Source of the DNA: Selaginella moellendorffii
Taxonomy: Eukaryota; Plantae; Lycopodiophyta
Direction of reading: 5' to 3'
DNA length: 64,000 bases
Assembly (NCBI RefSeq): GCF_000143415.4
Contig: NW_003314262.1
Span: 2,778,603 to 2,842,602 of the forward strand
Of this stretch, positions 20,801 through 34,945 are shown in pieces. A program made the translations under genes and the position numbers. Below the pieces are notes generated by a model. It did not search any database. It was not told the origin of the DNA and worked only from the letters and a program-made list of their open reading frames with translations. Each line of letters starts with the position of its first letter. The stretch's first letter is position 1.

Positions 20801-22347
20801 TAAACAAGAAATATCTAATAGCAATTAATGCAAAGCATATATATTATACATAATCATCAGACCATCTGCAATGATATAAACTCTATTTATTATGTCATTA
20901 TGCACTAGCAAAATTGTTTTATCTACATTCTAAAAATTTAACACTACTTCTATAAATCTCTATACTAGTGAGATCTTCCACTTCACCTCCTCCTTTACTT
21001 GTGCTAAGATTTGCAATGGAGGAAGGTTATGTGGAAACACCTATACATATAGGTTTGTTGTGTGGGGAGAAAAAAAGATGACATAGTCTCTAATTTTGAT
21101 GTTGCAAACAAATATTGTTTTTGGGCCATATATAGCAATTCTTAGTTCACAATTTTATTTTCTTCACAGGAGAGAGTATGAATCTCTCTCATGTGAAGAA
21201 AATAAAAGAATGTGTAAATATGGGAGGTATATACACAACAAAAAAAACATAGTATCCCCTCATATATAAAGTATATTATCTGACTATGCTCACCTAACAT
21301 AGTGACTACTGAATTCTTAATGCTTTAAAAAAGAAGGTGAAGAACCTTACACAAATCTAAAAATTCAAACCATACCACTTTAAAATGTATTGGCATCAGC
21401 AAAATGATTTTAGATTTTGAGCTCAGAAAGTTAATAATTGAGATTTTTGGAGTAGTTTGAATGACACACACTTGGGTACATGATTGTAGTGTAGTGATTT
21501 GCTAACTTATGGCCATGGAAAGAATCTAGAATAGAAACCACACACATTACGTGCATTGGAGAGGAATTGCCAAAATTAGTTATTTACTTATATACAAATA
21601 TTGTGTTGTAATAATCCACACTCCCACTATAATAATTATAAAGCTCAAGCCAAAAGGCAAAATCCCTAGAAAGAAAAGTCACTTTCAAGCACAATAAACC
21701 ATTGAAATATATAAGAGTGTGAGAAATTGATGGAGTTAATGTTTGCAACTACCATATGATCCAATTATTTGCTACAAAACCAACATACTCAACACCCAAA
21801 ACATGGTGGAGCCAGCCAAAAAAAAGCCTTTGTGCCATTACATAATGCCCTTACAGTAATTAATCACTCTCACCTATGACACTTTAAGCACTATGTAGCC
21901 TAGATTACTGCAAAATTGTGGTGCGTGCTCCAAACACACCACCAAGGTGCTGAAAGAAAAGAGAGTGTGCTCTTGTGTGAGAATAAGCATGTTATTATGT
22001 GAGAAATGCAAGTGCTCTCTCATGATAAATGAGAGGCAAATGACAGTTGAATATGTGTACAGGAAAGGAGAGAGAATTCACAATTAGAAAACCAGAAAAA
22101 GGTAAAAATGAGGAAAAAAAACCTTACTAAATTTACAATGATATCACATTATTTGAAATGAATTGATATCAAGGTTCCATGGCAGTCTAATGTGTCATGG
22201 CAATGAATACCCAATGACAAAATATTATAAATACAATCATATTTAAATTCCTATTATAGCAATTGAAAATAAATAAATAAATCCATAGATCTGCATGGTT
22301 GCCACCATACTTAAAAATGCCCATATATGCTTTGTGTATGGCAGGTT

Positions 22348-24000
22348 TCATATAGCACTTCCGCCGACAAGACTGCAGCACAGAATGTTGTTCAGAATGT
22401 TACATAATGACTTCAGAACCTCATCAACAACCGGTCTTTCGGATGGCTCGTCAGAAGAACATCGACATATCAGAGCCTCCAGCTCTGCTATTGGCGTCCC
22501 GATGGCAGGCTGTGACAAGACCAACTGGGAGAATGTCTATCCAAGGCTGTAAAGGTCCACCAATCTTGAGTACATGCTCTTACCATTTCTTCTACTTTCT
22601 TCACTCAGCAGCTCGGGGGCCATGAAAAACCTCGTCCCTACTGGAGCTGTATGTGAGTGTTCAGTATTGAAGTTGATGCATACCGAAATCAGTGAGTTTC
22701 AGGACAAGCTGCTCTTCGTCCTCATCAGTGAAATCGATTAGTACGTTTTCTGGCTTGAGGTCTCTGTACACAATGTTTTTCCCATGCAGGAACTCGAGGC
22801 CCTTGGTAATCTGGAGCAGCATCTCGACCAGTTGCAAGAGCGTGAGCCCTTTGTTCTTGCTGGCATACTCTTTTAGATCCATCCTCATTACCTCCATGAC
22901 CAAGTGGGTACAGCTTTTGTCAACCTTGTAGTAGCTGATGGTTTGAACAATGTGAGGAGCAGCCTGTATACTTGATACTGCGGGCAGTTCTCGTGATGGA
23001 AGATCTTGAGACTCCTTGAACTCCTTGACTGCAACTAGCCTTTGATGCCACATTCCTTTACGAACAACACCATAGCTTCCTCTATCGAGCATTTCCCCGA
23101 AATGAACACTCACGTCCTCTAAGTTCAACTCAGGCAGCTCTGAAGAATTTACTCTCTGTAGTATGTATTCAGCATAGTGACTTCTAAAATTTCCACGTTG
23201 GGCCTGTTGTTTTAGTGCGGTTTTGTAGACCTAGGCTGCTGCATGCAATTCTGGTAGCAAAGTCTGAATGCGACTTTTGCCAATAAGCCCGCACATGAAA
23301 TGAAGTTCCTCAACAATCTCCTTGATTTCCAATTCCCTATCGTATTTCACAGCCGCAAGCCACTCCCAATGCTCCTCAAGCTTGGAACACTCTCGAATCA
23401 GCCCGTTTGCTTTCCTGATGAATTGTCTTAGCCTCCTTAAGAAGAGCTTACTACTGCCTGCATACCCTCTCGCCATTTCAACGCTCAGTTTGCAAACCAA
23501 ACGCAACAGCAAGAATTGTTGGTAATGGACCTCGACAATCTGTGCAATGTGATTTATCTTCATCATGATCTTATCGAGTTCAGCTTCATGCTCGACGCTG
23601 TAAATTTGTGGTGCAGGGATTCGGACCCGAGATGAAGGATGTTCATGATGGTCAACCGGGCTGCTCCACCATAGCTTGAGTGTCAACGAACCTCTCTCCA
23701 TGATCACGATGCAGCCCAAGCTGATCTTCAGCGGGTACTCTCTGCTCGGAATCGGAAGGCTCAGCTGAACGATGCGGAACGTCACTACCCTCTATCTTGA
23801 TTTTCCCTAGAGAACGCCAATTCGTGCGATTCAGAACAGAGACACCAACATGGCTTCGCTGCAATTCATCCCCCTCAACGTTGAGATCCAGGGTCTCGTT
23901 CCATTCCGGATTCAGAGTCCTGTGTCGTACTTGGGTCTTGACCTGCTGCCCCTCGAGACTCACCATACAGTAAGGACTTGCTGATCTGCATCCATCTCTA
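22348..24000 (-). pseudogene. C2-4HB-kinase paralog 1, disabled
   Basis: ORFs 23652-24044, 23231-23785 and 22661-23128 match 37365-39065; start region deleted, frameshifts, in-frame stop at 23231. Confidence 0.88.
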
Positions 24001-24188
24001 ACAGCGCTACGTATACCTGCACACCCCCTCCCTCCGTCACCCAAGCCAAGTCAAAGCCAGATACGAGAATATTCTGAAAATTGGTTTAGGAACTTATATG
24101 AAAGAGTTTAGGGTTCTTGGGTTAAGCGGGAAAAGGGCATAGGCAGTTTCGTAGGTTCTCTATGGTCAAATTTAGGTTTCAGAGAGCT

Positions 24189-26490
24189 GAGGGTCGATCG
24201 ATGCGATTTCTGAGCTTGCGCCAAATGCCAAAGCGTATCCTCGTCTGTGCAGGCTGCTGTTCCTGGCATGCAATCAACATGCCCTGTACTGCTCCATGTG
24301 GAAGCAGATACAAAATGCCAGATTCCCACTATGCACACTCCCAGTTGCGGCATTGAGGCGCCTTGCCCATGTATTGGATAGGGTGAAGGAATTTCTCCAG
24401 CAATGCAGTCATAAAGAGCACTGGGAGTGGATCGCTACATCCAGGTATGACAGGAGATGGGAAGTTGTGGAACTTCTGTCAGAGCTTCAGGAATGTGTGG
24501 ACATAATCAACTCGGACGCAATTCCAAGGTTAGAGGGTATGTGGGCAGGCCGTGTTCTTGAGTGGTTGTCCGATATTGAGCAGGAGCAGGATCTGTATTA
24601 TGACCTCCACAGTTTGGCAAACAAAGATTGTGCCGAATTGGTGAAGAATGCAAATTCAGAGGAGCTTGTCGAGTACTTATCTCAAAGACAAAGCGGCTAC
24701 TGTCCAAGAATAAACATGGAAGATTGGCCCACTGGCCCTACTGAGGAGTGGTTTGGTTGGCAGGGTCAGGCTGCTATACTTGTGGAGCTCGATTATGATG
24801 AGGATCTTGAGGTGACAAATGGTCCTTTCCTAGGTCCAAGTTCCTCTATTGTGCAGATGTTTGGATGGTGTCACTGCCACAATCCCAGGAAGCATTATAT
24901 ACTTACCGAGAATCATGAGGTCACATATTTAGGGAGAGTGGCGACTGTCACACTCACCATACGGGAGGCACCCACCATGTCTCACCTACTTATAAACGTT
25001 GTCCAAAGTTGGTTGCAACACTTGCATAGACATGGTTTTCCGGAAGTTGTAATACTGTTGAGTTCATCGTTTACTGGTGGCAATGGGAAAGAGGGAATGT
25101 GACAAACTTGAAAAACTTACTCTGTAAATCATTAAAACTGTTTGTGAAGCTAACTAAAGTTAATTATGGTGAACTAAATGCAGAGGCCCTGAAAGAAATA
25201 GTAAACCAAAGTGACTATGACTTTCCACACATGGATGTGATCATCGATATCTTGCAACCCTTTTGAAGGCAGCACGCAAGTGTGTATAAACGTAACAGGC
25301 TATGAGTTTGAGCTCACGCTGACAGGACAGGTGCTGAGTGGAGACAGACAAACATTATTCCACACTCTGAGCTCCACTCCAAACGTATATATGTTAAAGG
25401 CCTTTACAGAGGCCTACCCTGCCGCAGAATTGTGCTTTACAGTTCTGATGTGCTCCCTACACAGTTTGAGAACCTGCCTAAGGTGGTAAAGAAGTCTACT
25501 CTCTAGCTTAGTAGTTCATACACATTTGACTTTTGGCTTTCAGGTTGTTGCAGAACTCAGCGCTCTGCGGCACCCCAACATCGTGCGGTACTATGCATCT
25601 GAGGCAGGCATTGAAGCAATAAACTATCCATGGATTGTGAATGGCATGCTGTTCATTTATGAGGAGGACGTCACTTCCAAGTCTGTCCTTCAACGAAAAT
25701 GAAATTCGAAAATACACTTATCAGATTTTATCTGGCTTGGAGTATCTTCATAGCAGAGGCGCAAGACACGGGTTCATGCTTTAAGATTGATCGTGAAAAC
25801 TTCATACTGATCTGTAGATTCTTTGTCAGGGCGCTCACAGCTGCAAACATACTCGTGGATACTTCGCATAAAGTTGTTAAGCTATTTCATTATGGCATCG
25901 CTTTGCAATCAGTACGTGTCTAGTCTGTAACATCTGAAACTGTTACGATTTTCCTTACCAGATTGAGGTCGTTCTTGAGATGCCGGCTGAGGTTTGTGGA
26001 TTGATAATCGTGGCCACATTGCTGAAACTTGTATCTCCAGTATTGTGATAGTCTTTCAGCGGATGTTTGGAGCCTGGGCTGTGTTGTACTTCAAATGATC
26101 AAGAATTTGGAGCCACAGGGTAAATACTCAAGCACGGTTTATATGCTCCCTTTGCATTTTTTAAAATTTTCTTAAAAACGTTTTAAGTGGTTGGTTTCAT
26201 CACAGCTCTCACACTTCTTTGGACGGGAAGTAGTCAACGTCCAATCTGGTGAGGAGGAGACCCCTGTAATGCCTGGGGACAACTTCCTAGTTGAATGCAA
26301 TCGCTTTTTGCATTGGTGCTTCGAAAGACGAACAAACAAACCCACAGTGAAGCAACTGCTTCATCAACCTTTGGTGCACATAGTAAGCTGGTCTTTACAT
26401 AAACAAACATAATAACATGTGAGATTATTTGCATGCTAGCAACACATTGAGAAACTTGTGGAGGACGTGCGTGCGGAGCTCAGGAAGCAC
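24189..26490 (+). pseudogene. 4HB-tandem pseudokinase paralog 1, disabled
   Basis: Homologous to 39202+ and 58033+; ATG deleted; frameshifts. Confidence 0.85.
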
Positions 26491-27094
26491 AAGTGACTTT
26501 AAACACTACATTTATAAGTGAGAGATACAGATTCCTTGATCACTGTTGTAATGGATTATAATATTTACATTGGTATGCATGGTTTCTGAATTGGGGACAC
26601 GAGCTAAAGATCAAGGACGTGGAGGTCCTGCCGGATCCCGTTGTGAGCGGCCAGGAGGCGGCATTCGTTATTCCAGCGAGCACGAGTGGGTTTTCTCTGC
26701 GAATTTTCTTAGCTGTATTTTAATCCAGCGACTGTGAAGATGCTGAGTAATCTTAAGGTTAGAGACATATTGTTTCTTTCTTCTTATTGTTCTTGTGATG
26801 AGTATTTTATTGTAGGTGCTGATGATTGCCTTGCTTCTCAAAGTGATCATGAGACCCCGGTTTTCAGTTTTACAGGTGAAAGTTCGTGCATTTTGCTCGT
26901 CATGTGTTCTAACTTGTGGAAGCACTTGCTTTGCTACTGATTGGAATCAGTGTGAGTCAGCTGCATACGACGCCGACCGGGACAACGGTGGTCGTTCCGC
27001 TTCAATTCATTGCATATGTATACACCTTGATTTTTGTAAGTCAGCTCTTCTTTGCATGTTGTGCTGTTTGCTCAATCTACAATCTCAGTTACAG

Positions 27095-27990
27095 GTCACT
27101 GTGCCATCCATGGCGTCCGTGTTCAATGAAACCGCGCCCTTAAGAGTCAGTTCGAGACAAGTCTTCATCTTCAGATGCGTGTGCTACACGTAGTTTTTGT
27201 AAATGTTTTTCTCTCTGTTTCTTTTTGCAGAACCTGTTTCTTTACAGTTATGGAGCGATGTCCAACTTTCTAGCGATTCTGGTTACTGCTGATTTTAGTG
27301 GTGTGGCCTTTACTCTATATCTGTTTTTTTCTTTTTCTTAATCCATGTGCGCTTTGTCAGCTGGGAATGGGCTTAATCTTTTCAAGGGCCACTCTCGGGC
27401 AAAAATGTTTCTAATCTTCAACAACGCAGCACAAGGAATACTCTCTTGCTTCTTTTTAAAATATGCTGGTAAGTCTTGAACTTTTGATGTGGCGCTTCTA
27501 TAGGTGCGTTTTTCCAGATGCAATCTTGAAAAAGTACTCGTCTACTGTTGCAACAATCTTTACGGCTTTGGCTTCTGCCGCCTTATTCGGGCACAAACTG
27601 ACAATCAACTTTGTCTTAGGTTGTTATAATTTCTATGCACCAGGTATTCTCGTAGCTCTATTCCAAATACTCTGCTAACGTAAAACAGTTCTTCTCGGCA
27701 CTAAGCAAAGCGAAGGACGAAAAGCTTGACAATCAAATGGACACGTTCGTTGACAAGCATAACACTTACACGAGGTAACCTTTATATATGACCTCCATAT
27801 GTGCGTTCTAAGTTTCACCCTTCTTTCCTTTAGGCCCAAGGATGACGCTTTTATCGATATGACTGCTGGCGCTGGTGAACAGGTATGAACTTCAATATTA
27901 TTTGCTATGTATACTTACATCCGGTGCTAACAGGCAAACCTTAAAGTCGGTATACTGGATGACAGACAACCTTTTCTTCCTACTTAAGCT
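27095..27990 (+). pseudogene. 3' fragment of nucleotide-sugar (CMP-sialic acid transporter-like, SLC35A) gene
   Basis: Exons [71 protein letters not shown]. Confidence 0.75.
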
Positions 27991-28252
27991 CGAGCGCAGT
28001 AATATAGCAGTGTTAGTAGTATATGGAGCAGCATACTGTACAAAACCGCGGTGATGGGTAAGGAGACGGTAGCATTTCCATTCAAGCCAATTTTTGCTGA
28101 GGAAGGTTTGAGTGGCTGTCTCAGAGCGAATGCACAGGAGCTAAATAAGATGGGGGGCACAGCATTTTCGTTACCCGGATCAATGGCTGTGATTTCCTCA
28201 AGTTACAACCGTTTCGTGTTTTCTTTTTGTTTTTCCAGTGATGAGGTGCCCG

Positions 28253-31200
28253 TGTCGAGATGTCAGTCTCGATCGGCTGACGTGGCATGTCCACGTGGTC
28301 ATGAGTCATGTCCCTTGAGTCATGTAAAAAGAGTCGGAACACAATGAACGAGCTCATGAGTGTTATGTCCATCCCTTTTTACATCACAACATGGTATCGG
28401 ATTTCGGGGACGATCCTGGTTGGTTGATTTGACGTTGCTGTCATGGCCGCTTCAACACCACCACCGCCGCCGCCGCCGCCGCCACCGGTTGCTGCTCAAG
28501 TTCTCGTGGCTTCCACAGAGGAGGTGGAGAAATTCAGTGGCACGAATTTCTTCACATGGGCGACAAGAATCAGGCTGATTCTCTCTGCGAAACGGGCGTG
28601 GAACATCGTTGATGGGACTGAGCCTCGTCCCGCTGAGCAGACGCTACAATCAGATTGGGATTTTCGCAATCAGCAAGCCATCACCGTCATTGGCTTGGGA
28701 TTGAGCGATGAATTCTTGCCGCTGATTGATCTCACCAAGACCGCTGCTGAAATCTGGACGTTGCTTCGCACGATCTTCGTGGCCCAAGCCACAAATTCTT
28801 CCATGCTGCTGAATCAACAATTCTTGGCGCTTCACATGGAAACGGGTGAAACCATTGCTGTGTACGTGGGACGGATTCGAGGGCTAATGGCTGAATTGAC
28901 TGGTGCTGGGTCTCCTGTCACGGACGATCGCGCCAGGGCGTTGCTGCTTGCAACCGTCACGCCTGCGTTTAGCACGCTCGCATCTGTTCTATCTCACAAC
29001 TTTGATCAAGTCGTGGGTGCCCTAATTGAAGAGGAACGCAAGATGAAGCGATGCCCTCAGCCAAATCTTCCTTGCTTTATGCTGGTGCTGCGGGAGGATC
29101 ATCCTCGTCCTCTCAAGCTCAGCCGAACGACACTGGTTTTCGTGGCATGTGTCACTATTGCCACAAACCTGGACACTTGGCGAGGGATTGCAAGAAGAAG
29201 AAAGTTGATCATGCTAAAGCTGCCAAGAACAATGACAAAGGAAACAAAGACAAGGGCTCTGGGACTCCTTGTAAGCTCTTGATGGCTCGCTCTGCAAGCA
29301 GCAGCCACCAGCCCGTGCTCGGACCAGAGCTGTGGCTGGATTCTGGAGCATCATTCCAAGAACAATGTTTCCTTTGTCTTTGTTCTTGGCAGCTTTAGCA
29401 CGATCAACTTTCTTTTTCTTGCAATCCCTCGCCAAGTGTCCAGGTTTGTGGCAATAGTGACACATGCCACGAAATGTCGTTCGGCTGAGCTTGAGAGGAC
29501 TAGGATGATCCTCCCGCAGCACCAGCATAAAGCAAGGAAGATTTGGCTGAGGGCATCGCTTCATCTTGCGTTCCTCTTCAATTAGGGCACCCACGACTTG
29601 ATCAAAGTTCATGGCCATGTGAGATAGAACAGATGCGAGCGTGCTAAACGCAGGCGTGACGGTCGCAAGCAGCAACGCCCTGGCGCGATCGTCCGTGACA
29701 GGAGACCCAGCACCCCCATGGCTTCCTTGTTTTTTGACTACCAAGAACCGTGTGAGAGTGACGCCGTGGGACTCGGTGACTCCTCTGCTCACAACGTACT
29801 AGGCAAAGGAACAATCAGGGTTCAGCTCTCTTCTGGAGAAATCCGGGAGATCTATCCTGTGTCTTATGTTCCGGGACTTACACACACGCTGCTGTCGATT
29901 GGAACTGCTGCTCAAGTAGGCTTCGATACTCTGTTCACAGCAATGCCGAGACTGGAGACTTGGAGTTCCAGTTGATACGCTCTACCGCCTGGATGCTCAC
30001 GTGATCCTTCCACCTGTGGCGCTGATGGCTCAGGTTCCACCGACACTTGCAACCTGGCACCAGCGCCTTGGTCACGTGAACGAGCAACAGCTAAAAATCC
30101 TGTGGCGCCTGGGAGCGCGCTGCCCTTTTGCGAAGCTTGTGTTGGTGGAAAACACCACGTTTTTCCTTTTCCACAGATTTCTCATTCTCGAGCAAGTTCT
30201 GTTCTTGAGTTGGTACACTCGGACATTTGTTCGATTATGGTTGAATCTTTGGGAGGCAAACGTTACGTAGTCACCTTCCTGGATGATTACACACGGCACC
30301 TGATCGTGTACCTGCTGGCTCATAAGTCAGAAGTGTTCTCCTGTCGAGAGGGTGAATCGCACCATCATAGAAGCTGCACACTGTATGCTGCTTCACGCGG
30401 GAATGCCGGCTGCTTTCTGGGGAGAGGCAGTTAACACGGCTGTTTATGTTCGAAACCGGTTGCCAACACGTGCCCTGCTTGGGAAGACCACTCCTTATGA
30501 GCTTTGGACTGGTCACGCACCTGGTTACGATCATCACAAGCAACGCCGAAAGCTGGAGTCAAAGGCTGAGCCATCCATTTTCCTGGGATATTTGGAGGGC
30601 ATGAAAGGATATCACCTTTATTCTCTCAAGCGCAAGACTTTGCTGGAAAGACGGGATGTGCTCTTTGATGAGAGCAAGCTGTACAAGGATCGCGCTGAAG
30701 TTCCTGCTCCTACTTTCGTGGAACTCCAGCTGGTGGACACAGTTCACGTGACTACAGCTGCCTCCATTGCTGCCTCTTGCTCCTGCTGGTGGTAACCTGG
30801 TGGTTCCTCCAGCACTGCCACCACGCCCTCCAGCTACGCCTCTGCAAGAATCTCCTCCAGTGAGAACACCTAGCTTCTCTGAAGAGCTGATGAACACTTA
30901 CTTCGAGGGCGACGAGGAATTTCAAGCTGCTCCTGAGTTCTTCCTCGGCTCATCTTCAGTGGGAGCTGGACGTGGATCATCACCTTCAGTGGGAGCTGGA
31001 AGCAGGTCGCCAACTTCAGTGGGAGCTCTCCCAGACTCTCCACTTGTTCCACCACCTGTGATCCACCCTCCAGCATGTCCTGAACCACGGCGCTCTGCTC
31101 GAGTTCCCGTACCATCGAGGCTGCAACTGGAAGCTGAGCAATCTCGTCCCTTCTTTAGTTTTGGAAAAATTAAAAAGAAAGGAACGCACCAGGCTAACTT

Positions 31201-32919
31201 CGTGGCTGCTAATCCAGAGCGAATCCCCATTCCAGCGAATGTTGACGAGGCATTAGCTGGACCTCATGCTTCCCAGTGGCGAGAAGCCATGAATGCTGAA
31301 ATGCATTCGCATGAGCGAAACAATACAATGACAAAGACAACCTTACCTGAAGGTGCTCACCTTGTGAGCTCGAAATGGATTTACACAGTCAAGTACAAAC
31401 CTGATGGAACTGTAGCAAAGTTCAAGGCCAGGTTTGTCGCACGGGGATTCAGCCAGATTCCAGGTTTGGAATACATGGAGACGTACTCACCAGTTGTGAA
31501 GTTGACCTCTGTGCGAGTGATCCTTGCACTGGCTGCCAAGTACGACCTGGAACTGCACCAGTTGGACGTTCGCACTGCTTTCCTGCACGGCAAGTTGAAC
31601 GAGGAGGTCTACGTCAAGCAACCACCTGGATTCGTCAAACCTGGTGAGGAATATCTTGTTTGCAAGCTGAATCGCGCCCTGTATGGGCTTAAACAATCCC
31701 CGAGGGTTTGGTTTGAACGCATTGATGCGTTCTTCAAGAGCCTGGGGTGTGTTCCTCTTGCAGTGGAAGGAAACGTGTACCTGTACAAGTGTGGTGACGA
31801 TTTTCTCCTGGTTGCTGTGTACGTTGACGACTGCATTCTCGGTGCAAAAACCCGCCACCTGCTGGATGAGATGAAAAAGAAGCTGAGTGAAGAATTTGAG
31901 ATGTCTGACCTGGGCGAGCTTCGCCATTTCCTTGGCATCCAAATTATACGCAATCGAGGAGCACACACTTTGAGTTTGACACAAGCTCACTATGCAAGGG
32001 AGATCTTGGAACACTTCAATATGCTGGACTGCTCTTCCATGGCCACACCTCTTGAGGTCAATCACAAACTCAGCCGTGACATGGCCCCTGAGAGTACACG
32101 GTGCCATATCGTCAAGCTGTGGGAAGTCTTGTTTATTTGATGCTGGGCACGCGACCAGATCTCGCCTATGCTGTTGGGAACTTGGGATGGTCTCCCAGTT
32201 CCTCGAGAACCCCGGACCTGGACATTGGCAAGCTGTGAAGCGGATTTTCCGCTACGTTCGAGGTACCTTGCATTTGCAGCTTCACTATGGCGCTGCTGTG
32301 TCACAGGAACTTCATGGGTACTCGGATGCGGACTGGGCGGGCGACCAGGACTCAAGGCGCTCTACCTCCGGGTATGCGTTCTTGCTCCATGGGGCTGCTG
32401 TGTCCTGGAGCAGTAAGCGCCAGCCGCTGGTGGCTCTGTCCTCGACAGAGGCAGAGTACATTGCCCTAACTGCTGCCAGCAAAGAAGCGATTTGGTTGAC
32501 CCAGTTCTGCCGTGACCTGCCCCAGATTCCTGCTTGCACCGGCCCTATGGTGCTGTTCTCGGACAACCAAAGTGCTCTTGCACTGGCCGCCAATCCTCGC
32601 TTCCATTCTCGGACGAAACACATCGAGATTCGTTTCCACTACGTGTGGGAACAAGTCCTGGAAAGTTGTTGCTGGAATATTGCCCCACCGAGGCAATGGT
32701 GGCTGATATACTCACGAAGGCTTTGGCTCGAGACTCCTTTGAACGCCATCGCGCTGCACTGGGAGTCTGCTCTCCATCTGTTTCGGCTGAGTGGGAGGGG
32801 TAGTAGATGTCAGTCTCGATCAGCTGTCATGAGTCATGTCCCTTGAGTCATGTAAAAAGAGTCGGAACACAATGAACGAGCTCATGAGTGTTATGTCCAT
32901 CCCTTTTTACATCACAACA
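28253..32919 (+). mobile_element. Ty1/copia retrotransposon, decayed, short LTRs (28253-28391; 32801-32919)
   Basis: PBS TGGTATCGGA 28392; gag (KFSGTNFFTW, CHYCHKPGH), protease WLDSGAS, integrase (WHQRLGH, LVHSDIC), RT (KARFVARGF, YGLKQSP, YVDD), RNase H (YSDADWAG, RTKHI); PPT GAGTGGGAGGGG; imperfect TSD GCCCG/GCTTG. Confidence 0.93.
29355..29716 (-). repeat. Inverted duplication of copia gag segment ~28903-29245
   Basis: Minus ORF 29214-29792 reproduces GAGSPVTDDRARALLL...CHYCHKPGH of the plus strand. Confidence 0.9.
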
Positions 32920-34249
32920 GCTTGAGCAGACCGGGCTTGCTTGTTCTGTTCTATATTTTCAGCGTCTACAACTTGACTCATCTCTGGAGCCACAGTGGTA
33001 CAACAGGCAGCTGGCCTACGAGTGCAGCCTTTCGGATGCTACTGTTACCCTGGATTGCCGCTGATAGCATCAACAGCTTGGTAAGTTAAATCCTCTTCTA
33101 TTCAACTGATTGCTACTTTCTTTTTTTCCTTTTTTTATTTTTTCAGACCGCGGACGAGTTTCGCAATCTTCAAACTGTGCTGAAGGAAAGCTGCTTTTAA
33201 CAAGACTGTCATCGTGACTCCTTTGAATAAGGCTTGGGCATCAAAACTGCTATCCTACTTCCTGGCTAGCTTCCAAGACGGTGACGATACGACCCGCCTT
33301 ATTCCGACGTTGGTGATCTTCACGTTGGATCCATCTGCGCACAAGAAATGCCTGGAAACTCATTCGCACTGCATCCTCCTCGAGAGCAATGGCGTGGACT
33401 TTTCAGCAGAGAAGCCGTACATGACCCGGGACTACTTGAAAAGGACAAGGAAGAAAATATCGTTCCTGAGCATTCTTCTACAGATGGGATACAACTTCAT
33501 CTTCTCAGTAAAAATTTGAACCACTTTCTCCTTGCCTTCCTGTACTAACTTCTTCTCCAGGAATCGTCTCCAGGATGCAGACGTCTTGTGGCTGCGAAAT
33601 CCCTTCTCGAATTTCTCTCCGGAAGCAGACGTGGAGCTGGCTTGTGACTTTTTCAATGGCAACGAAACGGACATTCGCAACCAGGACAACACGGGGTTGA
33701 GATCCAATAACCGGACAAACCCTAACCGGACTGGGACAGGCACGCCAAGTTCTACTACCACATCCACGACCAGGAAGTCTTCGACAGGATCAAGCTCCAC
33801 GCAGAGTTCCGGGCCATAGGAGCCAAGATCCGGTTCACGCCAACGGAGGTTTTCAGTGGGTTTTGCGAGCCAGCCAGCGACATGGAAAGAGTTTGCACCA
33901 TTCACGCCAACTGCTGCCAGGGTCTCCGCTCCAAGCTTGCGGATTTGCAGCTCGTCCAAGAGGACTGGAACCATTTCATGCGGACCAGGAACAGAGCAAA
34001 TCGGCCCAAGAGGTTTCGAGCTCCGAGGGCATGCCTCAAGGGATGCTTCTCGGCCTTTACATCGAAACCATGCTACAGGTCTTGCTACAACAGAAGTTTG
34101 AATGTTTCTTCAATGCCAACTTAAGCTTGTTCTTCGATGGGACTTGTTTTCATCAGATTTTCAATGAGTTCATGTAGCATTATTTTGTGAATTGCCAGTT
34201 TTCACCCTCATTCATACAGAGATTTGCAGCTCAGCCGGGGAGTTGCAAA

Positions 34250-34945
34250 GTTAGCTCTGAAGCCAGCTTGCTTGTTTCTCTATCAGGTCGACCGAGTTTT
34301 GATCCTGTGGAAGGCTGGGGATGAAACGAACAGCAACTGGATGCCCCGAGCACATCCTGCATCCAGCAGAGAATGGGATCATCTCCCAAAAGGCTCCACG
34401 GTGCTCATCAACATCTGGCAATCGGATGAGATCCAAAACACTGGCTTAACCCAGAAGACTGTCGTCCTGAACGCTTTCCAAAGAACCGTGTAGCTGGCTA
34501 ATGCCTCTTTCAGGATTGCGTGCATGTAAGGTAAGCCGGGGACATCTGAAGGCCTTGGGAATGAATTCCTGGCCCGAGGATTCAATCTCGAGTTTGCAAC
34601 TTTGCCATCAGATCGTTCCTTATTCTCCGGTTCACTCCATGGAGATCAAGACAATCAAGTGGCGGTATGAACTTCCCGACATTGATGCTCAGGGTCTGCT
34701 TCTCAATCAGGCTGATCAAGTCCAAATAGAACCTGGCAGAACGCACCAGAGCCTATGAATTCTCTGAGTGTGATGACTTTGGAGGCGGTGGCAAGACGTC
34801 CAACATCTTTGACTATGAGCTCCATTTCAGATTCTTGGTAAGCAGCAGCAGCATCCAGCCTGGAGTGAGCAAGTGCAGAGATAGTGATCATCTTTAGGTT
34901 CTTCTAGAACTGTAAGGAGCAAGCATAACATCTTTCCATCTGAAG
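34250..34945 (-). pseudogene. Cytochrome P450 fragments
   Basis: IPFSAGCRMCSG (heme-binding-like), DVPGLPYMHAILKEAL (K-helix). Confidence 0.7.

Larger units (their letters stand above)
28184..34100 (+). pseudogene. Nucleotide-diphospho-sugar transferase family gene, interrupted by copia and frameshifted
   Basis: KTVIVTPLNKAWA, LQMGYNFIFS, DADVLWLRNPF, HDQEVF, FHANCC motifs (33147-34100). Confidence 0.8.
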
